This document shows positions 51,586 through 64,000 of a stretch of DNA of 64,000 nt, one piece after another. The notes under the pieces are model-generated. The model saw only the letters and a program-made list of their open reading frames with translations, made no database searches and was not told the DNA's origin. The first letter of the stretch is position 1, and each line of letters starts with the position of its first letter. The position numbers and the translations under genes are program-made. This DNA comes from Octopus sinensis (taxonomy: Eukaryota), in assembly GCF_006345805.1 (NCBI RefSeq), contig NC_043015.1, positions 34,720,001 to 34,784,000 on the forward strand, given 5' to 3'.

Positions 51586-52505
51586 TGTATGTATGTATGT
51601 ATGTGTATGTATGTATGTATGTATGTATGTATGTATGTATGTATGTATGTATGTATGTATGTATGTATTATGTATGTATGTATGTATGTATGTATGTGTA
51701 TGTATGTATGTATGTATGTATGTATAATGTATGTATGTATGTATGTATGTATGTATGTATGTATGTATGAATGTATGTATGTATGTATGTATGTATGTAT
51801 GTATGTATGAATGTATGTATGTATTATGTATGTATGTATGTATGTATGTATGTGTATGTATGTATGTATGTATTATGTATGTATGTATGTATGTATGTAT
51901 GTATGTATGAATGTATGTATGTATGTATGTATGTATGTATGAATGTATGTATGTATGTATGTATGTATGTATGTATGAATGTATTATGTATGTATGTATG
52001 TATGTATGTATGTATGTATGTATGAATGTATGTATGTATGTATGTATGTATGTATGAATGTATGTATGTATTATGTATGTATGTATGTATGTATGTATGT
52101 GTATGTATGTATGTATGTATGTATTATGTATGTATGTATGTATGTATGTATGTATGTATGTATGTATGTATGTATGAATGTATTATGTATGTATGTATGT
52201 ATGTATGTATGTATGTATGAATGTATGTATGTATGTATGTATGTATGAATGTATGTATGTATTATGTATGTATGTATGTATGTATGTATTATGTATGTAT
52301 GTATGTATGCATGTATGTATGTATGTATGTATGTATGAATGTATTATGTATGTATGTATGTATGTATGTATGTATGAATGTATGTATGTATGTATGTATG
52401 AATGTATGTATGTATTATGTATGTATGTATGTATGTATATATATATATATGTATTATGTATGTATGTATGTATGTATATGTATTATGTATGTATGTATGT
52501 ATGTA
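51555..52505. repeat. ~950-bp (TATG)n array with recurring variant units
   Basis: Directly visible; the variants GAAT, TATTATG and TGTG recur. Confidence 0.95.
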
Positions 52506-52508
52506 GGT

Positions 52509-52542
<34 letters not shown>

Positions 52543-54501
52543 TGTGTGTGCTTGTGTGTGTGACTGAGTGTGATAGGTCATTGTTTGGTCACGTGTACTC
52601 TGCTTCATTACGCCCCATCCACTGATTTTCCATCTGCAGCACTTCTCCCCCCCTCTCCCTCCCCTTCCCCCCTCTGTTTTCCTGTGATAATGTTGATAGA
52701 TCAAACTCGGCCACTAATTAAGCGTCCATGTGTATAAGTGTGTATCCGATTATGAGTATTGAGCATTTAGATATGTACGTGCATGGGAGATTCACAAATG
52801 TTGGCAAAGTTAAGTGGAAAGGATGACTGGATAATACACACACATATACACATGTACACGGATATACACATACATAAGCAGACACACATACTCGCCGCGC
52901 GCACACACACGCACACACACACACACACACACACAGGGGCACACGTAATATATATTGTTTGCTATTGGTGAATGCTTGTTAATTAGTGTGTTTGTATATG
53001 TGTGCGCGTGTGTGCGTATGTAGCTGTGTGCATGTATATATGCGTGTGTGACTGCGTGCATATGTATGTGTGTGTGTATGTGTGTGCGTGTGTTTGTATG
53101 TGTGTGTGTGTGTGTGTGTGATTTTGAAAGATAATCGCCAAACCCTGTTGGTGATCTGTAGAAGCAAGAGTTTATTTCCTCCTCTGAGGAAGGACCCGGC
53201 CTCTACCTATACATGTTTCTCTTTACGACATTGCTTACTTTTGGTCATTTCAGCGATTCGAGATCAAACTTTCGATGGAATATCATTTCAATATGGCTCC
53301 TGGTATATTGAAATTAATCCCATGACAAAACGTCTCCTGTGTCGTTGGTGCTTCAAGCTTAGTTTCCAATTGCCTTGGAACCAGCGGGTCTAAGACGTTG
53401 CAGTTTCGATTACTCATTGCTTTCAGAGTGAATCCACAACTACATGATTTACTGTGTCCTTCTTTTTAAGACAGCAAGTGTTATATGAGGCAGACATGGC
53501 TGTTATTTCTAGCAGGTCCAGTGACCTTGTAAAGGCTCCATTTTGGTTTGTTTGGTGATCGTCTTGGAAAGACAAAAGTTCGTATTGACAGGTGGAGGCA
53601 ATATTCTGTTTTCAACTTAATTTGGATGGGAAAGAAGTAATAGATGTGTGGAGTGGCATCGCAGAGGAGTAATGCAACGCCGTATTGTGGCGTCAATGAA
53701 GTAGCATCACGGAGAAGGGTATGTCACCTTTGCCTCATATAAAAAACTACAAATTATTTGAATCAACGAAGGTATCGTTCATTCTGCACGAAATAGTAGC
53801 AAAACTGCCTTCTCTTAATCACAGTATAACATCTTAAAAGAAACGTGATTTATTAGATAAGGTATTTTCTAGATATATCGTGTCTAAATTGAAAACGAGT
53901 GTGTCACGGTTGGAGTACTTTACTCATTGGTCGTCAGGATAATAGCTGACCCGGGACTAAACGGTAACAACGAAAAGAATCTTCAGATTGTTAAATGCCA
54001 ATTTGGGAGTACAAAGCTTCCATAGACGTCCCGTCTCCTTGCTATGTGCTACCGAGCACTACTGCTTCTAATCTTGAGCCTTCTCCAGACTCACACTAGT
54101 TTCTCCCCATGTCACAAAAATTATGCCCATTCTTCTTGTTCTCCTTTTTATAACCACATTAAATTCTTTCGGTAAGTACTTAGCAAAATTTCAGATGCCA
54201 AGAGCCTTTTCTTCGTCTTTTTCTTGAACATTTCTACTAAACACATTTTAAGGTCGGGGAAATGGTGTTTAAGAGAAGGAGACAGAGACAAGAAGAAGAG
54301 AAAGAAGATGAGAATGTTGTGTAGAAAGAGACGAAGAAAAGGAAGGGAGGAAGGCCAAAAGGTTGCGTGAGAGGTTGAAGAGAAGAAGGAGGTGGGTAAG
54401 GCGAAGGAATGGGGAAAAGAAAATAATTAGGCTTCAAAGTTTTGTAGAATCCCAGAGCAATTTGATCTTTGGCTCGCTTTCGGTGGACGAACAGGACTCA
54501 C

Positions 54502-54567
54502 TGGCAGACAGCTCAGAAACTGTTTTAGTGTTTTAGTCATTTCGTTTTCCCCTGTAATTCTCCCAAC
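54502..54567 (-). other. Candidate 66-nt exon of an unidentified gene
   Basis: Minus strand: pyrimidine-rich stretch ...GCACAG| exon |GTGAGT. The phase-0 frame is open: VGRITGENEMTKTLKQFLSCLP. No homology recognised. Confidence 0.25.
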
Positions 54568-54899
54568 CTGTGCATATTGAAGTAAGATCGAGTGAAAAGT
54601 AGAAATAGACGCAGCAGAGACATAGACGAGTGCAGTGTTTAATGAAAGATACATACACTATCTTACTACAATATCTGTACAGACAAAATCTAATTATTTC
54701 TTTTTGTTTGCCTTAATCACAACATTATGAACGAAGACTAGTCTCGACATGTACAATCGTGTTGGAGACAAGATGGTGCTGGGACAATGAGACTGTCTCC
54801 TGTGATGATTCAGTGTTCCCTGTCGACACAGCAGCTGGATGATGGCCGGGAGGAAGGAAGTTGATTAGGCCGAAACTAGTTCCTAGTACAGCATGTCGA

Positions 54900-55250
54900 G
54901 TGAGTGAAACTTTGAGCCGAAACAACAGCGTCCGCCATGTAAATCGGTGACCGCATTATTTTTACAGGAATTGCCTGACCACACCAACCATTGACTCAAA
55001 TTGGTTTTGTTACAATAAAACAAATCATTCAACGCTTGGTTGATTCACAAATTGGTTGAGGTGAGCAGCAAGTATTTGGAAATATAGAAGGTAATTAAAT
55101 AAAATATATGTATATACTCAGAAATAAATTTACGTCTTCCGATTGAACAAAAGGCGCTTTCTAAAATGTAAGTTTTGTCTCTTGTTTAGATTGGAACCTG
55201 CGATCGGAACTTCCGTTTCCTGTCTACAAAACGATTGAATAGTTTCAATT
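54900..55250. promoter_or_regulatory. Possible promoter region
   Basis: YY1-like CCGCCATGT (~54932), ATTGG boxes and tandem ETS-like ACTTCCGTTTCCTG (~55209) in CpG-retaining unique sequence. Confidence 0.25.
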
Positions 55251-56094
55251 AATTGTGAAATATCAACAAAAGGACAAAATCTATACTGCCATATAATGTG
55301 TGCGCGCGCGTGTAGGTCTGTGCATGTGTCTGCATGCCTGTGTGTGTGAGAGGGGCTTATGTGCGCGTGAGAGCGCACATGGTTGTGTATGCGTCTGTGT
55401 AGATGCGTGTGTGCGTGTGTTGTGTATGAGTGTACGTGTGTGAGCGTTTGTTTGTATAATTGAGCATGCTTTTTGTGTGTGTATGTGTGTGTGCGCGCGC
55501 GCGTGTGCGTGTGAGAGAGAGAGAGAGAGAATGTGAGTGAAGCATATAAACCTATTCGAAATGTTTTTCTGAATCAAACTTCTTTTTCGAGAAATCATCA
55601 ATATTTCCTGAGTCTTGTATTGATTGATACCACTAGACGAGTAATTTAATCAACTCCTTTCATTCTTATCGCCGCAAAAGCCGCACAAAGACTACGTTAA
55701 GTCCTCAGAATTGGTGGAGTCGATTGTAGGTCAAATACCTTACACCCGCGCGCGCACACACACACACCACACAAAACGCACAGAAAATACACGCACCACA
55801 CAAAAACATACACATCACACTAAAACACACGTACATCACGCACACACACACACACACACACATATGTGTGTACTTGATTAGGCTGAATTGAGATGGAATC
55901 TTTTCTGTTTGGCTGCACCTGTGAAAATTTTAAAATTTGGTGTATTGATGTAATTTTTCACGCTGAATCTCAGGGACTAATTCATTTTCCCAGAAATGTT
56001 TTTTTTTTTTTTTTAAGTTGCAGAGGTATAAAGTTCGATGATTTTTACCCAGTCAGAAAACAGGACTTGGAAGCTGTTATTTTGTGCGTGACTG

Positions 56095-56095
<1 letters not shown>

Positions 56096-56141
<46 letters not shown>

Positions 56142-56420
56142 GATGGTGGTTGTCAACTCCTTACGCAGAGTCTGACCACCTCCTGTACCTACACCTTAGA
56201 ACCATCATGGCATTTGATGTGGCTTTTTAAACCAGACAAAGTTCTGAAAAGACACCCACATAGATTGTACCTCCGATCTGGACCACTAATACCTGCAGAT
56301 AATTGAACAATGCAAACATTGCTTCAATTTGAAATAAACCACTCTCCTCGGAAGCATACGATCATATAGATTTCCAGCGTACAGGATACTCCATTGGAAT
56401 TTTTTAGTAACTTTTCCATC
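56096..56420 (-). mobile_element. RTE-type LINE 3' end with (TAA)n tail
   Basis: Minus translation YNLCGCLFRTLSGLKSHIKCHDGSKV* resembles the terminal C2H2-like motif of RTE ORFs. A short UTR and (TAA)n at 56140-56096 follow. Confidence 0.55.
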
Positions 56421-56671
56421 AGTACTAGAGACTAAAATAATAACATTGCTTCTTTTTGCTATTATTGTAGCAGAATGAATTTAGGGGGAAAATACTTAAA
56501 GCCAAGTATAATTTAGAGCGGCATATACATGTGTGCGTGTGTGTGTAGATATGTGTGTATGTATGAGTACGTACATACACATATATGTTTGTGTGTGTGT
56601 GTATGTGCATGTATGTATACATGTTTGTGGGAGTGTGGACTATGTAGACGTTATATAGCATTTTTTTATTG

Positions 56672-56711
<40 letters not shown>

Positions 56712-58350
56712 AAATCTGTACAGATTTTTAAATAAGTTGGCACCGTTATAGTGGAATTCCTAGAAATGAATTTCGGCTCCTGTTTAAACATAGTAAGGGA
56801 GGGTTCTGTTGCAGCCTTATTTTATTGGTCGAATTTTCCATATTCTTGAGCGAAACACTCTTATTATGTTTGTTTCGAAGAACGCCAGAGATCTCTACTA
56901 ATTAAATCATACAAATCTGGGAATTTTTATGGTAATTTTAAAACTTATAGAGGCTTAAACAGCTTTCTTTTATACATCTCTCCCTTCTCCCATAGTATAC
57001 AGTTTTAGAATCTACGAGTATGTTAGTGTTTGAACTTCAAGTCTTCCAATAACATTTAGTGAAATTGTCCTTAAGTTACTGTCAGGTGTTCTCATGAAAT
57101 AACAAAACAAAACAAAACATTAATCGTAAAAAAGGTGGATCTAGTCTTTCTTATTCGCAAAATGAGCCCCCCTCCCTCTGATTTTGCTCAGATTGCTTTC
57201 AATTTTGGTGTATCGATGCAACTCTGGATTTTGATTACGATCAACCAATTACTTTGTCTCGTAAATTAAAGAATCTGATGTTATTTGTCATTAAAGTTAG
57301 GGAATTTGGGTAATTTTTGCCAATCAACAGACAGTGTGACACCAGCAGTTTGTTACCATGACTACCACACGCTGCGTTGTGGTTCACTTGCCTGTGCCGC
57401 TGTTGTTGTCTTTGATGATTTTTCACACTTAATTCTTCACACCACCAGATTCTTTTCACCCGCGTGTTTTGTTTTAATTTTCCTGTGCTTGTGTGTGTTT
57501 GTATTTTTCTATGCTTTCTGTGTGTTAATATTTTAAATACTAAGATGGCTCCTGACTTGGTTGCCTATCTACGCCTGTTTATATCGAGCACAAACTTGCA
57601 TGAAGTACAAACGTCTGCGCGTTGCTTAATATACATCTCATGAAAAACAGCCTTCTTATATTCAATAAGCTTGGTGGCACCCCGATGCTACATATCACTG
57701 TGGCAAACGTAAAAGCGCCTATAATTGTATTGTTATATATATTAATTACCAGGGTGATCCACGATTTCACTGGTTATTCACGCCAGTGAAATCGAGCATA
57801 AACTTACACGAAGTATAGGTGGGTGTGTGCATGTATGTTGTTTTATATAATTTCGGGGTACATTAATATATTTCTACATTTGGTAAGTTTTGTGATACCC
57901 TGGTAGCACTTATAACTGGTTATCCACGCCGGGTATATCGAACACAGACTAACATAAAGTACAGTTGTGTGTGTGTGTGTTTGTCAGTATGAAGACATGG
58001 CTGAGGTGGAATTGTGTGACAATCATGCATTTCTTAAATGAGGAAGAACAAACACTCCAACGCGATTTTTTCACGTTTCTTTAAAATTCTTTAGCTTTAA
58101 TTGTCACGGCAACGAAGCTTCTAAGGAAGAAATCTTCCACAGAGCTCAACGTCCAAAGTACATGTGTGTATATATAAACAATATATATTGTTCCTGGTAG
58201 AAAATATTTTTAAGTTGTTAAAATAGAGTTTTCTTTATCGTGCGTGTGTGAAAATCAAACAAAACCCAAGAGTGACCTCTCCTCTCCATATTTTCCTTCT
58301 TCGATCCAAAACAACCCCCCCACCGATAAATTAAGTTTGGAAGCAAATGT

Positions 58351-58432
<82 letters not shown>

Positions 58433-58592
58433 TCCAACATCATATTGACATTTTCAAACATTTGGGTTCTTGAAACATTTCTTATTACTTTCATTTTTTA
58501 AAGTATTTTAATTGCAAATTAAGGTGCTTTCTCCCAAATATTAATTAGTGTAAATATATTCAGTAATCCAGCATTAATAATAAAAGGTTCCC

Positions 58593-58639
58593 GTTCGTCG
58601 GACAGTTTTGTTAAAATACAACAAAATTGTCCGACGAAC
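58593..58639. repeat. 20-bp stem hairpin
   Basis: GTTCGTCGGACAGTTTTGTT-AAAATAC-AACAAAATTGTCCGACGAAC, with one G-T pair. Confidence 0.85.
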
Positions 58640-58973
58640 AGCTTTTGTTATATTTCTGCGGCTTTTAGATAAGTATATATATATATATATTTATATTTAC
58701 TTATATTTATATTCTCTTTTATATATATTCTACTTATTATACAACATTATTCTTTTATGTACATTCCTTTATGTACACTGATTTGTTCTGGGTTTTTTTT
58801 ATGTTTAACCCTACAGTCTCTTATGTGGTGGTTTAATAAAGTATGTGATTGGGTATTACCTGGTAATTGATATTTGATTTGGATGTATTTCTCCATTTTC
58901 TTATTTTGTATATATATATATATATATATATACATACATACAACATACATATATAGATATATATATATATATA

Positions 58974-59390
58974 TCTCTCTTTATTAAAAGGCAGATTTTA
59001 TCTGCCTCCCTTTGGGAGTTATACAATCTACAATATAGGATTTCTTCAATTACAATTTACCTAGCAATTTTAAGAGTACAATGCATCGCGTCATGCCAGC
59101 TCCAGTTTTTAAAATTTAAACTCCAATTAAGCAAAATTTACAGAAAACTCACATTCTGGTGTGTGTGTCAAATGCTTTTCTTAGTCTGGTTTACACCACA
59201 CGCAAACGCACACACACACTGTGTAACGAATAAAATGAAACTAGATGTAATATTTGTTACTGTCCATGAACGCTGATAGATACATGAGTAAAATGTATGG
59301 GAAGCTAACAATAAGAGTGAGTGAAAATGTTCTTGGAAGAGAGTAAATTTGAAGCTTGAGAACAATCAGATACATTTGCAACACATCTGT
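58974..59390 (+). mobile_element. Possible 5' part of a non-autonomous Helitron
   Basis: Begins A|TCTCTCTTTATTAAAAG after (TA)n, similar to the 60195 5' end. No 3' CTAG end found. Confidence 0.35.
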
Positions 59391-59619
59391 TGAAAATATT
59401 ATTATTCACACACATACATATACATATATACATACAGACAGACAGACAGATAGACACACACACACACACCACACATGATCCAGCATGGCCACAACCTCAA
59501 GGCTGAAACATATAAAAGAATAACAGAATATAAATGTGTGCATGTGTGTGAGAGAGAGAGTGTGTGTGTATATGTATGTATGTATGTATGTATGTATATA
59601 TATATAATAATGCGGTTTT

Positions 59620-60180
59620 TTCAACAGCTTGAACTAAAAGTCAGAGAGGAATGGGATAAACTACTTATATTAACTTGCTATAAAAGCAGGTAGTAATTTT
59701 ATCTTGTCCTTATTCATAGTGCAAGTTTTGAAGAGTGCATTTCGATTTTAACAGCTATTTTTTTCAAAGCTATGTTGGAAGTAACAAAGGAGCATATTTG
59801 GCATATTTTGCTTTATGAGTTCAATAAAGACAAAAACGCAAATGCAGTATATGGGGATTGGACAATAAGCGTAAGGCAGTGTCAATGGTGGTTCCAGAAA
59901 TTCCGAGCCATAAACTACAGCCTAGAAGACGAGCCTCATCCTGAAAGATCTGTAGAACTCGACAAGGACATCCTGAAAACCCTGGTGGAACAAAATCTCA
60001 TCGTAACTGTTGAGGAACTAGCAGAGAAGCTTGGATTTGGTCATTCAACCATTCATTGAGACCTGTGTGCTATCGGAAAAGTCAGCAAATTGGGTCAATG
60101 GGTTCCTCACGAACTTTCCGAGTCTAATTGCATGCAGAGAGTGAATGTATGCTTTTCTTTGCTGTCACATCTCACCACTA
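59620..60180 (+). mobile_element. Mariner remnant (N-terminal HTH region)
   Basis: ORF 59772..60059 EHIWHILLYEFNK...CQWWFQKFR...SLEDEPHPER...TVEELAEKLG..HSTIH, then KLGQWVPHELS. Confidence 0.85.
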
Positions 60181-60194
60181 CTGCGCTATGTATA

Positions 60195-60827
60195 TCTATA
60201 TATTAAAACTGTAGTTGTGTGAGTGTCTGTCCCCTTCGATTTAGATTCCTAACTACTCCCACATTTTGCGGTGCAGTTTAACCAAATTCGGGTAGCTTAT
60301 AGTCGTGATTCATATCGAGCAGTCTGAGTATTAGCGCGCGTCTACGATGAGTCTACGATTTTAAAAATAATTTAACATCATTTTTTATTCCATTTTAATG
60401 CATAATTTTCGTTGTGTCGATGGCGGTGGAGTTGGCGTCCACGCTCACACCTGCACCTGTGGGGAAGGGAGTGTAAGGAAATCAACGTCGTAATGCGTTG
60501 TCAAGGAGACCAGCGTTCTTTTAGAACAACGACTTCATGGCTTGAAGACACCAAAACAGAAATGGCTAAGAAAGCGTCTACATGAGTCTACGATTTAAAA
60601 AAAAATTTACCATCGTTTTTTTTCCATTTTAATGCATTTTTTCGCTATTATATAAGGTACGTAACTCTCTAAAAATGTCTACGATGAGTCAACGATTTAA
60701 AAAAAATTTACCATCATATTTTTTCCATTTTCAATGCATTTTTTGCTATTTTTTTGGCTATAACTCTCTAAAAATGCTTATATAGTTATTTCCCTTACAA
60801 ACCCGAGCAACGCCGGCGATACTGCTA

Positions 60828-60828
<1 letters not shown>
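60195..60828 (+). mobile_element. Complete non-autonomous Helitron
   Basis: A|TC 5' end (TCTATATATTAAAAC), subterminal hairpin CCG-AGCAACGC-CGG, CTAG|T 3' end. Three internal ~60-nt repeats 'gtctacgatgagtctacgatttaaaa...' at ~60340, 60576 and 60678. Confidence 0.8.
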
Positions 60829-60870
<42 letters not shown>

Positions 60871-60871
60871 G

Positions 60872-60911
<40 letters not shown>

Positions 60912-61229
60912 TGGTGTGTGGTGTGTTATATTTAGCTACATCTGGATGCGTGTAGGTTCATTTTTGATAATATGCTCATCTGTAGTTTATAAAAAAAAAA
61001 AAGAGAAAAAAAAAGAGAAAGAAAAGAAAGAAAAAAAGGAAGCCGCACGCATGATACATAACTTAGAAGCAACGCTACGGATGCACCAGCACACACGAGA
61101 TTGAGATATGGCCAACTCCGTGCACTTCTCATGAGGAATTCCGGAAGGAGCTTCGTGAGACCCCTGCTGAGACGCTTCAAAAAAATAATAAAGAAGAAAA
61201 GCCGTTAGAAAACCGATTATAGCAGCGAC

Positions 61230-61288
61230 TCCATCTAAGAATATCTGAAGAAGGAATTTTATTCCAAAATATCATATCAGACTATGGA
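61230..61288 (+). ncRNA. Hammerhead relic (G12 to A)
   Basis: TCCAT..TAT-CTGAAGAA-GGAA-TTTTA-TTCC-AAAATA-TCA-TATC-AGACTATGGA: stems II, III and distal stem I are present, but GAAA reads AAAA. Confidence 0.45.
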
Positions 61289-61415
61289 TGACTAAATTAC
61301 AACAGCCCATTGTTTGTATTATAGTGCATTGTTGTACCATTGAAAACTTTTTATTCTTTACAAACAATACACAATGCTTCAAGCGAACTACAATACTCTC
61401 CTATATATATATGTA

Positions 61416-61507
<92 letters not shown>

Positions 61508-61822
61508 GAAAAAATAAGATCAAAAGAAAGCAATTTAAACTCTTTGAGAGGTCCAAAAAGAGAGAAAGCATGATTTCTAATAAAGATTCATCATCTTCAT
61601 AAAAAAAAAAACAGCCAGAGCAAGTAATAAGAATATGAAAAAAGTAGTTGAAAAATATCGTTTTAGGTATAAAGATACCATAAACAATTATAGAAAAATG
61701 GAGGAGAAAAAATGTTGAATCAAAATTAGATTTAATACAAATAGGATTCAATACATACGCGTGTTTCAAAGGACAATACAAATATGTAAGAAAAAATTAT
61801 AAACATAGTAATTATATATATA

Positions 61823-64000
<2,178 letters not shown>

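Noticed and set aside
60340-60740. Spaced repeats resembling a CRISPR array (also 57569-57965)
   Set aside because: Eukaryotic context, irregular spacing, diverged repeats and no cas genes; these are internal repeats of mobile elements.

Overview
AT-rich, microsatellite-dense eukaryotic non-coding DNA (intronic or intergenic). The SINE families look like those of Octopus; this is inferred from recognising the repeats, not from a database search. No intact host protein-coding gene is recognisable, and nearly all tracked ORFs are microsatellite artefacts or transposon fragments. The window is a mosaic of decayed mobile elements: about 15 tRNA-derived SINE copies or fragments from at least 3 families, three mariner remnants, a long-TIR hAT-like transposon, non-autonomous Helitrons, MITEs, REL-endonuclease retrotransposons (Dong/R4 in (TAA)n arrays, three HERO-like, one CRE-like), APE-type LINE fragments and several Penelope-like (PLE) fragments. 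The most notable signal is RNA-structural: about a dozen hammerhead-ribozyme (HHR) motifs or relics. These include one with a fully intact core downstream of a CCAAT/CRE/TATA promoter (33553-33647, minus), minimal dimer-type motifs in PLE termini, an HHR-bearing fold-back element inside a recent 1238-bp tandem duplication, and relics of a non-circularly permuted hammerhead in the 3' UTRs of two HERO-like retrotransposons.
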